A stretch of DNA of 64,000 nt from NCBI RefSeq assembly GCF_009914755.1, contig NC_060936.1. The stretch is one strand, 5' to 3'. The position numbers and the translations under genes were made by a program. This document shows positions 1-16,931 of this stretch, piece after piece. Each line of letters starts with the position of its first letter. Position 1 is the first letter of the stretch. Below the pieces are notes generated by a model. That model made no database searches. It saw only the letters and a program-made list of their open reading frames with translations, and was not told the origin of the DNA. This DNA is from the human T2T-CHM13v2.0 reference genome, Homo sapiens.

Positions 1-303
<303 letters not shown>

Positions 304-468
304 TCACCCAGCCTGGGGTGCAGTGGTGTGATCATAGCTCACTGTAACCTCTAACTCCTAGGCTCAAGTGATCCTCCTGCCTCAGCTGCCTGAGTAGCTG
401 GGATTACACGCATGAGCCACCACGCCTGGCTCAGGAATTTCACATCTTAAGTAAAAACACTTTAAGAA

Positions 469-772
469 GGCTAGGTGTGGTGGCTCACACCTGTAATCCC
501 AGCACTTTGGGAGGCCAAGGCAGGTGGATCACAAGGTCAGGAGTTCAAGACCAGCCTGGCCAACACGGTGAAACCCGGCCGGTCTCTACTAAAAATACAA
601 AAATTAGCTGGGCATGGTGGCACACGCCTATAACCCCAGCTACTCAGGAGGCTGAGGCAGAAGAATTGCTTGAACCCGGGAGGGTGGAAGTTGCAATGAG
701 CCGAGATTGTGCCACTGCACTCCAGCCTGGGTGACAGAGCAAGACTCTGTCTCAAAAGAAAGAAAACAAAAA
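469..772 (+). mobile_element. Alu (AluS-like)
   Basis: Dimeric Alu; actttaagaa flanks both ends. Confidence 0.9.
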
Positions 773-804
773 CTTTAAGAAAAATTAAGGGGCAGGGGAT
801 CCCT

Positions 805-975
805 TTTCTCAAGTGTGGTCCTCAGATCAGCATCACCCTGGTAACTTGTTAGAAATGCAAATTCTCAGATACCAGACCTTTTGAATCAGAAAATCTGCAG
901 GTGGGACCCAGCAATCTGGTTCAACAAGCTTTCCAGGTGATTCTGCTGCATGTTAACAAGTTTGAGAACTACTGT
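805..975. mobile_element. MER5A-like hAT DNA transposon fossil
   Basis: ttctcaagtgtggtcc...gttagaaatgcaaattctc...aagtttgagaactactg; related copies at ~6088-6252, ~9388-9577, ~22865-23005 and ~26830-27175. Confidence 0.75.
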
Positions 976-1810
976 GTTCTAGATATTTAATAAAGATTAT
1001 TTCTATGTAGTTTCTGTATTTTGGAGATATAGCTCTCCACTGGACTCTTCCTAGAGGGTAGAATGGGACTGAAATATCCTTTAGTTGGAACTTTTAATTA
1101 TAATGAGATTCTGAACAAGACAGCAAAGTAGGAAGAAAAAGTAGGTACTGTTGACAAGTTTTATCCACGGGCATAAACTCAGATATTCCTCAAATTTAGT
1201 CAGAGCCTAGAACAGAGCCTGTGGTGTCATGTAGGGTACTAGGTATAAACAATATAGAAGACTCTGGTTCTGACTCTGTCCCTAACTATGTAAACTTGGG
1301 CAAAATAATTAATCTAGGTTCTGTTGTCTCTGTTGTAATAGATGATTTTTCAAGTCCCTTTTGGTTCTACACTTGTATGATTCTAGGTGCTGGCTCTGCT
1401 TTGATTTCTTGGGCCATCTAAGGTTCCTGGATCACTTGAGAAATAAGAATCCTTCCCAGATTTCTTATCCTAAAAACTAATGTACATCAACATTATTATA
1501 TATTACTCCTCAAAATAGAAAGTAGAAGTTACTATCCCCGTGTCATACATACAAGAAGGTGAAGTCCTGCCTCATTTAATAGTTTAACAAAGGTGTCCTA
1601 ACTGTGGCCTTTTCAAAGCTTTATGACTTCTCATACCTCTTTTCTTAATTTTCAAGTATCTTATTTCAAATTTGGGCAATACCATAAAGACTTTTCCTCC
1701 TTAGCAGTTGAGAAGTCCGACTTCTTCCCAGCACACTAAAAGTCTTGTCAGATATAAAACTATACGTAAATGATTTAACTTATTTTCTAAAAGCAACAAG
1801 GAGTACATAC

Positions 1811-1826
1811 TGTAAGTTTCTTCCAT
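1811..1826 (-). CDS. GTSF1: GTSF1 first coding segment (exon 2 = 1811-1855; ATG at 1826); gene continues left of the window
   Basis: Minus strand: tttccag|CACTTGGATTCAGCTTCTTCATTTCCAAC ATG GAA GAA ACT TAC A|gtatgt. MEETY(T) matches the recalled GTSF1 N-terminus; canonical acceptor at 1856-1857 and donor at 1809-1810; synteny with NCKAP1L. Confidence 0.88.
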
Positions 1827-2315
1827 GTTGGAAATGAAGAAGCTGAATCCAAGTGCTGGAAAAAACAAAAGTGTGATTCAGGAAATCAGAAATAAAATGT
1901 ACCAAAAGGTAACCCTAAGAAGTGGAGTCACTTCTGGATTTGAAACTACCCAAGTTCAATATAAGAAACCTTTACTCTCCCCACTCCCCCCAATATTTTC
2001 TTCTCTTTAAAGCATTCTTCTTGGAATCATTTTAACATCATGGCCTAATTCACATTCTTGGAATAAATTCTAGGGCCTACCAAATAGTTAAGAAAAACCA
2101 AATATGACTCCTATAGTTCAAATTTAAGCTGTATTTGGGTGATAAGATGTCTACCTTAAGTGCTATTACTTAAGTGCCTGTCACTGTTTAGCATCTATTA
2201 GGGTTTGACACTATTAATATAATAGTGATTATAATATAAATATCCATATAATATTTAACATTAGAGGGGGCAAGTCAAGACCACAAGAATACTGTCATTT
2301 AAACTTATGCATGAG

Positions 2316-2638
2316 GGCTGGGCGTGGTCGCTCACACCTGTAATCCTAGCACTCTGGGAGGCTGAGGCAGGAGGATCACTTGAAGCCAGGAGTTTGAGAC
2401 TAGCCTGGCAACAAAGCAAGACTACGTCTCTACAAAAAACAAAACAACCCCCCCCAAAAACAAACAAACAAACAAACAAAAAAACAAACTTAGCCAGGCA
2501 TGGGGGCTCATGCCTGTAGTCCCAGCTACTCAGGAGGCAAAGGCAGGCAGATCACTTAAGTCCAGGAGCTATGAGGTTCGTGCCATTGCACTTGGCCTGG
2601 ACAATGGAGTGAGATCCTGTCTTTAAAAAAACAAAAAA
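2316..2638 (+). mobile_element. AluJ-like element in GTSF1 intron 1
   Basis: Diverged dimeric Alu with an expanded A-rich linker. Confidence 0.85.
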
Positions 2639-3639
2639 CCCCTTATACATAAACACAGAAATAATGTTCTATTATAAAGCTTTCCTCCTGGGTTCTTAAA
2701 AATACAGATAGGCAGGTTACCAGTCTTGTTCCTCTCTAGGACCTGGAAATGCTGGAAGTCTTTGACAGACAGTATACACTCAACCCTTCCAATATGCTTG
2801 GAAACACTAGTTCACCATTTTCATGACTTTTCTTAAACATGATCAGGAAGGGCCACACTAACATTGTCCCTTTTTCTAGTGAGGTTTCACCTCCTCTCAT
2901 CCCAATCTTCAGTGCTAAAGTGGCAATACTTTAAGCTTCTCCAATTAATACTCATTCCCTCTATGCACTAAGGGAAAACCTCTCAATGTTAGGACTCAAG
3001 AACTGTCCATATTATGGATAACAGAGTCACAAGAGAACAAATCTGTAACAGGAATGTGAAACATTAAAAGAGAAATGGTTTCACAGTTTGAATCCTTTTC
3101 TATTAGAAATCTCTTCTATTGAGCACTGAGACTAAATACATTTATTATTGTGGGAAAAACCTGAATTTATATAAAACCATCCCCATACGAAACTTCTGAA
3201 AATTGTCTGTCTCTAGAGCATGCTCTCCTTTGGCCCCTCACACAATTCTACACTCCTCACCACCCCTCCCCCCATTCTGTGACATAAGCAGCGTTAGAAC
3301 CTATGATAGGAAATACAAGTGATCAGCTAGAACTCTAGTTTTTTTGCTACTGAGCCCATTTGTTAATGACAATCATTAGTGAATTTGTCTTAAAAATATT
3401 TTTCATATTTATGTTTGGATCAAGAAATCCCCACCGTCTTTTTGTATATATTTCACTTATACATAGTTACTTCATACTTTTTCATTAAAAATAAGAGTTT
3501 TGGAAGGAAGAACCAAGTATGTTTCTTGATTTTAAGTGATGAGCACCAGATTCAGCAGCTTGTAGGAAGCCAACCTATTCTTCCCGGACAAAAGGACGAA
3601 TTACAGTACACTAGGGGCACTGGAATTCACAGTACCATC

Positions 3640-4300
3640 ACTTAGCCGTGTCTGTTTTAAGTATCTTCCGCATCAAACTGTTAACGGGATTCTTTACCTT
3701 TTCCCTACTACTAGATCACGGTGAAATAGACAAGCTACGCCGGAAGCAATCAAGTTTAGGGTATGGATGTAGTCGGCGGCTACTGGTTAAACGCTTAACA
3801 GAATTCCGGCCTTAGTAAAAGAATCATTTTTCTTCCTTTAAACAACAACAACAACAACAAAATCACAGTAGACTTAATCAATGAGACTAAATAAGAGAAA
3901 GTGGGGGAGGTGGTTAACTTAAAAAAAACATAGAAAAGGCGCCAAGGAGGCCCTCGAGTGGGCAATGCAGCGAAACAGGTTGGTAGCCAAAATAGCTGCA
4001 TTGAGAGCCCACAAGGCTGAAGGCTACCAGCAGAAAAGCGAAATGAGGATATTAGAAGGTGAAGGTATCCCGGTACGCAAAATAGGAATTGCTTAGAGGC
4101 GCCCCGGGGTGCCTTTCCTTACCTCGGTGGACACACACCTTCCTCACAGTCACCTTCCTCCCACGCAAGCCCCAGCAACGGCCACTTCCGGCGCCTAACG
4201 TTGGGAGGTGGGGCGAGGGGCCGGCACTTCCTGTGACTGGGAGTCTCGGTTCTGGCTGAGTGTGGGGCAGGGTGGATCAGCTGTGGAGTTCACCTGTGAG
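3640..4300 (-). promoter_or_regulatory. GTSF1 CpG-rich promoter / 5' intron region
   Basis: Local CpG enrichment; ETS motifs CACTTCCGG (4183-4191) and CACTTCCTG (4225-4233); MYB-type CAACGG (4175-4180) and TAACGG (3682-3687); GC-box-like GGGGCGAGGG near 4210. Confidence 0.65.
4123..4190 (-). other. GTSF1: GTSF1 non-coding exon 1 (5' end approximate)
   Basis: Strong donor CCGAG|gtaagg (GT at 4121-4122) inside a CpG-rich patch, upstream of the ATG exon. Confidence 0.75.
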
Positions 4301-4489
4301 CCCCTAGGGTCAGCTCCCTGATGACCCTTTCCCACGAGGATCTCCTCCTTGGGCACCCCATCTTTGGGGCCATCCTCCCCTGGCCCCCAGAACAACAGTG
4401 GCCTTGAGAGGGTAGAACTCGCATTTCTTTCCCTGGGTTTTGTGGCGGCCATCTTAGAAAAGGCAGATGAGCACTTAGAAATGGGCACC

Positions 4490-4839
<350 letters not shown>

Positions 4840-5595
4840 TTAGATTTTGAGGGAAGAGAAGAGGAATTATAAAGGAGATACGCAGTGCAGCCACAAAACA
4901 ATCACCAAGGACAGGAATTTTGTGTCTGGCTGTTCTTGTTTAGAATGTGTTGTAAAATCCCAAAATTCAAAAGGCACTAACTATCTGAGAATGCTTGGTA
5001 GGATGATGGTTGTTGCTGCCTGATGAAAGCGAGTTTTAGAGTTGGGGAGAGAGCTCAATGAAGAGTTGGAGAGGACAAGAAGGCCGGAAGGTTACAACTT
5101 GTTAAGGGAAAACCAAACGTAGTGTGAGGCTTTGTTCTGGGGAAAAAAAGTGTAAGCTGCAGTTCTTGTCCCCAGAGTGCTTAGAAAAACGACTCCCAAA
5201 GTGGATGAAAGGTTTAATAGCAGTACAAAAAATGCCAAAAAAAGTGGTAGAGACTGTAAATTCCTGTAAGGAAAAAAATTAATGGGGCCTGAAATGACCT
5301 GGGAAGGCATTATAGAGAAAAGGGACTTGTAGCCTTTGAAGGTTAGACAAAAAAAGGAAGGTGTTGACACTACAAGTAGATCTGGTGGTAATATTTTTCA
5401 AAACCAAGAAGTAAAAGATATGACAAAACATTCTGTGCTGTTCAAGATGTAGGAGGCAGTCTGGGTGATTAGTCTGGGCAGTGAAATATTGGGATTTCTA
5501 CAGCATTTCAGTGGTGTAGAGCCCAAATAGGACTTGAGAGGACTACCCTGACAAAAACTGAATGTAGCTTTAGTAAAAAGGATCAGTGGGGCATT

Positions 5596-5905
5596 TTCTT
5601 TTTCTTCTTTTTTTTTTTTGAGATGGAGTCTCGCTCTGTCGCCCATGCAGGAGAGCAGTGGCATGATCTCGGCTCACTGCAACCTCCGCCTCCTGGGTTC
5701 AAGTGATTCTCCTGCCTCAGCCTCCTGAGAAGCTGGAACTACAGGCAGGCACTACCACACCCAGCTTTTTTTTTTTTTTTTTTAAGTAGAGACGGGGGTT
5801 TCACCATGTTGGCCAGGCTGGTCTCAAACTCCTGACCTCAGGTGATCTGCCTGCCTCGGCCTCCCAAAGTGCTGAGATTACAGGTGTGATCCACTGCGCC
5901 GGGCA
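5596..5905 (-). mobile_element. Alu (AluS-like)
   Basis: Poly-T followed by reverse Alu consensus. Confidence 0.88.
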
Positions 5906-7122
5906 AGGGATGTTTTCGTTTTACATGATTAATTTGTGAGCGTCTATTGTTGTTACTCCCTCCGCACCCCCTCCCCCCGACCTTTTTTTCCTACTAGAAG
6001 AGAGTTTGCTCCACAGCCATCAGTTCAGATTAAGACACTAAAAAGAACCAAGTGTTGATGGAAGCCAGGCTCAAGCCATTGTAGGCTAGTGGTTCTTAAT
6101 CTTGTCTACACCTTAGAATCATCAGGGGAGCTTTTAAGACATACCATGCCAACTTCCCATCCCACACCAATTAATGTGAAAGAGCCAGGCATAGTTATTT
6201 TTAAAAATCTACCCAGATGAATTTAATGTGTAGCCAGGGCTGAGAACAACTGACCTAGGCATTGTTTTGAAATCAAAAAAGCCATTCTTTCACCCATGGC
6301 CTGGATGATTCATTTGAAGGAGGAGCAAACTGTTAAAGTGGTTTGCGAAAGATAATTGCTAAGAAGGAAAGCTTCATTGCAAGCTTAGCACTAATCATTT
6401 TGGAAAAAGTTGTTTTGGCAAATCAGTTTTAGATTGTTAGGAAATATTTTAAAACAATTTTCATGAAATCCTAAACCTCTGATTTTATCACAGTATCATT
6501 AATGCAGATTGTTGGGGCCAGTGTGATTTGAAATGAAATATTTTTTCAGGCTTTACATTGCAGTAATCTGGTGAAATTGTTGACAGTGCTACTGTGACCC
6601 ATAAATACATTTTATTCAGATACCTGCAGATTGAAATTTCTGAGGAAGAAAGAGCTAAGGGCTTGGGAGGATAGGGGAATGGGTACCAAACCAGAATCCA
6701 AAGTCAGGCTTCACTGCATTCAGTAGTAATGCCTTGTCAGAATGACAGGATCCTCAACTGATAATGCTGTTTCATTTAGCACCTGTGAATAAGCCAACCA
6801 ACTTTCAAACAAGCAAAAATCAAACCTGTTTTTCAATGGTGATTTTGAAATAAAAATGCACCACACATCTGTTCTTTCTATTCTTAAGTATTTTGTTCAT
6901 TCCTTTCTAACTATAAATTTTCTGCTTTGTCTGAGGTCCCTGCTTAGCTTTCTTTTAGACTGGTTTTCCAGCCAGGTTGATCATATTTGAAAAGGAAAAA
7001 AAAAATGAGACAAGGCATTTTATACAAGGGTCATTCTAGGAGCTATTGGGAATTAATACCCTAAACTGAATCTGATCCGTGCTGGTTCTATCTGTGTATA
7101 TACTAGCATTTACCTCTAAATG

Positions 7123-7124
<2 letters not shown>

Positions 7125-7166
<42 letters not shown>
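7125..7166. repeat. (GT)n microsatellite
   Basis: Pure GT run. Other (GT)n runs at ~28961-29008, ~43339-43401, ~44549-44578, ~52457-52494; (TA)n at ~37374-37406. Confidence 0.95.
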
Positions 7167-7169
<3 letters not shown>

Positions 7170-7339
7170 CATTTTTTGTAGAGATTGGGGGTGGGGATCT
7201 CGCTATATTGTCCAGGCTGGTATCGAACTGCTGGCCTCAAGTGATTCTCCCACCTCAGCCTCCAGAGTTGCTGAGATTACAGGTGTGAGCCACCACCCCC
7301 AGCCTCCTATAGATTATATTCTTAGAATTAATAATAGTT

Positions 7340-7641
7340 GGCTGGGTGCGGTGGCACATGCCTGTAATCTCAGCACTTTGGGAGGCTGAGGCGGGTGGAT
7401 TGATTGAGCTCAGTAGTTTGAGACCAGCCTTGGCAAGATGATGAGACTCTGTTTCTCTAAATACAAAAATTAGCTAGGCCTGATGGTGGGTGCCTGTAGT
7501 CACAGCTACTCGGGAAGCTGAGGTGGGAGGATTCCTTGAGCCCAGGAGGTCAAGACTGCAGTGAGCTGAGTTTGCAGTTCATTGTACTCCAGACTGGGCG
7601 ACAGAGTAAGACTGTCTCAAAGAAGAAAAATTTAAAACGAA
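7340..7641 (+). mobile_element. AluJ-like
   Basis: TSD agaattaataatagt at 7324-7338 and 7642-7656. Confidence 0.88.
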
Positions 7642-8023
7642 AGAATTAATAATAGTAAAAATAAAATATCTGAACTAATGAATAAATAGATCTATTCTCT
7701 TAGTTATTGGAAAAAACCCTTTGTTAGGAAGATAGTTTTCTCAGATTTTAGGATTGAAGGCATTCCAGTAGTCCTTGAGGTTCTTTAGAAACTTTCTGTT
7801 TTCAGACAACCCTAATAAAACTTAAAACTTTTGCCCGTCAAAAGACCAAAATATATTTTTTTGTTTCTGGCTTAGGTTTTATTAATCAAGTCCTGGTTCT
7901 CTCATCTAATTATTAATTTTTCTCTCATCTAATTATGATTTCTGTTTGGCAGTTGGGTGTATAATTAAAAATGGAAAAATTATTCAATAAATTCAGTTGC
8001 AAATTCTTTCAAAATGAGGGTTC

Positions 8024-8316
8024 GGCTGGGCGTGGTGGCTCACGCCTGTAATCCTAGCACTTTAGGAGGCCGAGATGGGCAGATCACCTGAGGTCGGGAG
8101 TTTGAGACCAGTCTGGTCAACATAGTGAAACCCCATCTCTACTAAAAATACAAAAAAAAGAAAAAAAAATTAGCCGGGTATGGCGGTGTCTGTCTGTAGT
8201 CCCAGCTTCTCAGGAGGCTGAAACAGGAGAATCGCTTGAACCCGGGAGGCAGAGCTGCACTCCAGCCTGGGTGACAGAGCAAGACTCCGTGTCAAAAAAA
8301 AAAAAAAAAAAAAAAA
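8024..8316 (+). mobile_element. Alu with right-arm deletion
   Basis: ggaggcagagctgcactcc junction lacks part of the consensus right arm. Confidence 0.87.
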
Positions 8317-9082
8317 GAAGAGGGGCTCTATGGGGTAACAGATATTCTTCTTGGTGAGAATAAGTGAGAATAGATTAGGAAATATTGCTTTAGGGGAGGG
8401 TGAAAATATGGGGTTGGTTACAATTGTTCAGGAAAAGTAGCAGGGAGAGGTAGTGAGAGCCAATGAAAATAAATTTATGTTTAAAAAAGAGTTGCTAATG
8501 AGGACTTGCCAAGAAGAGCCAACATTCAGTTCTAGAAGCTAAAGCAAAATACAGGATGAGTGAAGAAAAACTGGTAGTGATATTTTGTTTGTCCTAGAGC
8601 CATTCTATGTTCTAACATGTAAATGTTACGTATTTCTGTAATCCACATTGCCTGTAATAGTTACCTGTATACCTGACAAATCTATTCTTTATGTTTTTCC
8701 TTTACATATATAGTTCTTTCCCCAGGACTCAGCAACAAATATCTCTTACTCTCTTTCTAGTGCTGGCACCTAAGATGTAAATTGTAAGCCAAAGTTCATA
8801 AGCATCACTTTGGTAACTTCTTAAAAGACTGTTGAAAAGATGGTAGGAGGTGTGAACCTATGGATTATGTTGAAAAAGAAAAAGATGGTAGAAGGGCAGA
8901 ATTATACTAAAAAAACCTTACTAAAAGTTCTGTAAAGGACTGGTCTTCCGTAGAACAATTCTAAAATTCCAACACTGCTGTTTTGTGGATCTATTATTTT
9001 AAGGCATATAAAATGTTTAAATCCAAGGTTAATTTTCTCTGTGAAGCCTTCTTTTAACCTTTACTTGGGATTAGTCCTTACA

Positions 9083-9201
9083 TTTTTCCTTCCTTCCTTC
9101 CTTCTTTTCTTCTCTTTTTTCTTCCTTTTCCCTCCCTCCCTCCCTCCCTCCCTCCCTTCCTCCCTTCCTTCCTCCCCTTTCCCTTTCTTTTTTTCTTCTC
9201 T
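9083..9201. repeat. Polypyrimidine (CCTT/CCCT)n tract adjoining a FLAM/Alu monomer (~9202-9315, minus)
   Basis: ~120 nt made only of C and T. Confidence 0.9.
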
Positions 9202-9631
9202 CCACAGGGTTTTGCCCTGTTGCCCAGGCTGGTCCCGAACTCCTGAGCTCAAGGCATTCCCCTGCCTTGGCCCCCCTGAAGTGCTGACATTAAAGGCAGA
9301 AGCCACCGTGCAGCCCCAAATCCTTATATTTTCTTGTAATCTTCCTCCACCCTCCTATCCTCCCAGCACTGAAACTGTCCGTGACACCAGTGGCTCTTAA
9401 AGTGTGGTGCATAGACCAGCAGCATCGGCATCACCTGGGATTTGAGGAAATGCACATTTTGGGCCCCATTACAGACCAACTGAATCAGAAACTCTGGGGG
9501 CTGAGGTGCCCTACAGTCTGTGTTTTAATAAGCCCTCCAAATAATTTTAATATCCAATAAAGTTTGAGAACCATTGCCCTATACTATAGTTGCCAACATT
9601 GTTCCCCAATAATGGACCATGGCCACTACAG

Positions 9632-9950
9632 TTTTTTTTTTAATTGAGGCGATTGGCAAATAAATTGTATATATTTAAGGTGTACAACATGGTGTTTTGA
9701 TCCAAGTATACCTTGTGTAATGATTTCCACAATTGAACTAATTAACAAATCTATTATCTGACACAGTTATCTTTTTTTGTGTGTGTGGTGAGAATACTTA
9801 AGATCTATTCCCTTAGCAAATTTCAAGTATGTAATACATTATTATTAACTATAGTTACCATGCAGTACATTAGGTCTCTAGAACTTATTCATCTTAAACT
9901 GAATATTTATACCTTTTCACCAACATCTATCTCCCTATTTCCCCCAATAC
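9632..9950 (-). mobile_element. Old L1 (L1M-type) 3' end fragment
   Basis: aaattgtatatatttaaggtgtacaacatg...tctctagaacttattcatct is typical of the L1MA 3'UTR in reverse. Confidence 0.75.
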
Positions 9951-10367
9951 ACTACAGTTCTTAATTAAGTAGTAACATAGTAGATACTTGATTATTTGAC
10001 TTGAGAACAGGTGTATTTTTTCAGGTGCTGCAGCAACTATATGATATCATCTATCTTGTGAAGAGCATGGGGGAAAAAGAGACTAAAATATTTAGGTTTT
10101 TTTGAGCCTGTTTTATACTGCAGCTACTTGGAAAGGCAGAGCAAAAAGGCCTGTAAAGTATGGACCAACCACAGGATAGATAAAGATGTGGAACTAATGG
10201 GATATGTTTTGGTGCATATTTTGGTGCATATCTAGGACATGAGTAACAGGCCTTAGCAATTTTTTCCCTCGTAGTTCATACTATGAGTGTAAGGGTTTAA
10301 ACCTTAAAACCTGATTTTAGGGGATAAACTTTAAAGCTGGAAATTCTTTACTATTCCAGAAATATAA

Positions 10368-12787
<2,420 letters not shown>

Positions 12788-13290
12788 TTATTCTAGAAAA
12801 TAAGTAAGGATTAGCCTCCTAAGGGCATAAAATATTCAGTTGTCTATAACTTCCTTTAATTGTAAATCTAAATACACCTGAAATAATCACTAAACTAAGC
12901 AAAAAAAACCATATCGTTATTTTGAAAGGCTTAGCTAGCTGCAATAAAAAAAACAATTATGACTTCAGAGATTTTGGCCTGTCATAAATTGGGTCTTTTA
13001 AACATTAAGTTTAAGCATCAAGTATTTCAATATCTACTAGATGCACAGCAGCAGACTAGTGGTGTAACAAGTACAAAGCAACACATGATTCGGACTTCTC
13101 TCGTGAGGGTTTGTGGTATGGTTGAGGTTGGAGAAAATTGTCTATATTTAACTGCCATGATAGAAATCACTAAAGAAGATAGGGAAGGTTTAAATGAGGT
13201 GAGGAATAAGAGTTGGATTAAAAAAAAAAGCTAGAACAGGAATTTAAACGATTGAAGGGCAAGGGGTGACATTTAAAAATGAGCAGAGTG

Positions 13291-13657
<367 letters not shown>

Positions 13658-13989
13658 TTAGGAAGGTACATTTGGAGCCATGTTCCAGTCTCAGCTTTCC
13701 ATAAAACGCTATCCTTTAAGCATGGAAAGTTTTGTGTAGAGAACTGATTGAAGAATAATCTGACGGTCATATAGTAAGTGACTTGAAGAAAAAGCAATTG
13801 AAAGATGAAGAACCTCATTATGGAATAGCATTATAGCCCACATGACAAGATTTCCCCTACTAATAACAGAAATAGGCAAGTAAGCCCTCCAGACTTTTGG
13901 TTGGCAAATGAAAATATAAAAACAAGGAAGAAATTAAAAAATCAAATGAAGCTTGTCATAGAAATTAAAATTTTTAAAAAATTTTAAGT

Positions 13990-14800
<811 letters not shown>

Positions 14801-15068
14801 TTGCAAGTGTTTTTGTGGAAGATCTAAGCTTGATGTGTATTAGTAGCATTTCAAATAGATCCCTAGACAGCCCTTTCTCCTAAGACTAATTTAAAGCCAT
14901 CAGGACTTTCCCTGCATTCTGTTGTGGGTGAAATAGGAAACTGAAATAGAAAATATGGTTTAATTTTTTTAAGAAGAAAAGTTTGTCTAAGAATCTTTAA
15001 AGGCTTAGGACACATTAGTGATATTAGTTAAAACTATGACATCAGTTTTTTAAAAACAATTATTTTAT

Positions 15069-15140
15069 CTTTTCTCCAGGACTTGTTTTTAGGATGTATA
15101 TCATCCATAGCCTCTTTTTTTCCTTAGGTCTCTTGAGTCA
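15069..15140 (-). pseudogene. GTSF2-like exon E
   Basis: cacctacag|T GAC TCA AGA GAC CTA AGG A7 GAG GCT ATG GAT ... TCC TGG AGA AAA G|ataaaa; phase 2 fits exon D; frameshift in the A-run; donor reads AT. Confidence 0.68.
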
Positions 15141-15673
15141 CTGTAGGTGATGACTATAAGAGGAAAGTTAGTTGGAATCCAGTACTGGAGAATTAATCTA
15201 GATAATCAATTATAGGAGATTAAAGTTACTCTATCAAATGTAATTGATATTACTAAATGTCAGAGTAGAAACCATTGGTTTTTTTTTTTGCTTACTTCTG
15301 TTTTGTATAATTATTTTGCCCTTTCCCATCTTCCTGTGATTGTGGCAGGTAACTCCATGAATGACTCCTATAACTCTTGGATGTGCCCTTCAAGTTGTTT
15401 AGCTGGCAGTCCTTACCTCCTTCATGTACAATATGCTTATTCTTTTCCCTTCACAGTTTTGGAAATTGGTCTTTTATTCTTTGAAAATCTTACACAGAAT
15501 CAAGAATGTTGTGTATGCAAGTCCTTGATGGGATACAGTCTGAAGCAGAGCCCTTGAGAAGGAATGGAAGTACTCAGGGCCCACCAATACAGATCTTTTA
15601 CATTCATAATTGAAGCTTAGGCATCTGCCATGCCTAGGACCTGATGGCTGTCTCACTTTAAGAACCCAGGTTT

Positions 15674-15905
15674 CGGCCAGGCACAGTAGCTCATGCCTGT
15701 AATCCAAGCACTTTGGGAGGCTGAAGTGGGCGGATAACCTAAGGTCAGGAGTTCAAGACCAGCCTGGCCACCATGGTGAAACCCCTTCTCTACTAAAAAT
15801 ACAAAAATTAACTGGGCTGAGGCAGCAGAATCGCTTGAACCCAGGAGGCGGAGGTTGCAGTGAGCCGACATCGCGCCATTGCACTCTGTCTCAAAAAAAA
15901 AAAAG
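15674..15905 (+). mobile_element. Alu with internal right-arm deletions
   Basis: Left arm intact; right arm missing two segments. Confidence 0.85.
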
Positions 15906-15965
15906 AATCCAGGTTTAAAGGTATTCTGCTCTCTCTTCCAACAGTGAAAAGATGGTTTATCTTAA

Positions 15966-16030
15966 CTTTCACAAACCAGCATTTTTGGGGCAAAAGTCTT
16001 AAGAAAAAAATGGAGTATGATGCATATTAC
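15966..16030 (-). pseudogene. GTSF2-like exon D
   Basis: cttccttctttctag|GT AAT ATG CAT CAT ACT CCA T7 CTT AAG ACT TTT GCC CCA AAA ATG CTG GTT TGT GAA AG|ttaaga; LKTFAPKMLVCE resembles GTSF1L LKTFFPQKVVCE; donor reads TT. Confidence 0.8.
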
Positions 16031-16099
16031 CTAGAAAGAAGGAAGAAGTAACACAAGTACTTAGCATTTTTATATGTTTGTAGAGAAGGTTAGATGGTA

Positions 16100-16450
16100 G
16101 CAGAGATTTGAGTCTTCCTTCCATAGTTGTTGCTGAGGAGTGGGTGATTTGCCACCTCCCTTACATTTAGGTATGGTCATATGACTAGTTTTGCCAATGG
16201 AATATGAATGAAAGTATTCTTTTCCAGGCTGAGGTGGTTGAAAGGCAGTTGCACCTTCTCCATTCTCTTTGTGGCAGCTTTGGAAACCAAGTGTGGAAGG
16301 TGACACTCACAAGATGGAAAGAGCCTGTGTCTTCAAGTCACTACCACCCACTGAATACTTGTGTTGGGATTTATACAAGAAAACTTCTCTTGTTTTAAGC
16401 CATGATATTAACACAATTTGGAATTCATATATAGAAGCTAGCATTGCTCT
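16100..16450. mobile_element. MLT1-like (MaLR) LTR fragment
   Basis: ggtcatatgactagttttgccaatggaat...cacaagatggaaagagcctg...ttttaagccatga resemble MLT1 LTR motifs. Confidence 0.6.
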
Positions 16451-16551
16451 AACACACACATGCATCTGTATTTAATATTAGTCACCCTTGTGAGGGTGAT
16501 TGTGAGGCAGCCTTGTACAGATGAAGAAGATGTGTTTAAGAAGTAACTTCC

Positions 16552-16931
16552 CTACTATGCAGCCATAAAAAGAATGAAATTATGTCCTTTGCAGCAACAT
16601 GTATGCAGCTGGAGGCCATCATTCAAAGAGAATTAACACAGGAACAGAAAACCAAATACCACATATTCTCATGTTTAAGTGGGAGCTAAACATTGAGTAC
16701 ACACGGGCACAAAGATGAGAACAATAGACACTGGGAACTAATATAGGCGGTAGGTTGGAAGGGAGGCGAGGGTAAGAAAACTGTTGGGTACTGTGCTCAT
16801 TTCCTGAGTGAGGGGATCATTCGTACACGAAACACCAGTGACACAAAATTCACCCATGTAACAAACCTGTACACTGAACCTAAACCTAAACATTGAACCT
16901 AAAATAAAAGTCAAAAGAAAAAAAAAAAAGG
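16552..16931 (+). mobile_element. 5'-truncated primate L1 (L1PA/PB) 3' end
   Basis: tactatgcagccataaaaagaatgaa...aataaa + A-tail; TSD gaagtaacttcc at 16540-16551 and 16932-16943. Confidence 0.88.

Noticed and set aside
4195-4488. 97-aa minus-strand ORF containing AAGATGGCCGCC (MAATKP...)
   Set aside because: No recognisable protein; better explained as GC-rich promoter sequence with a YY1-type motif.
6335-6355. Plus-strand KVVCE resembling the GTSF1L C-terminal motif
   Set aside because: Wrong strand, no flanking similarity, stop follows immediately; the true homologous exon is at 15966-16030.
15417-15490. Minus-strand donor GAG|gtaagg as a possible extra pseudogene exon
   Set aside because: Weak acceptor and no GTSF similarity; exons D and E already join in phase.
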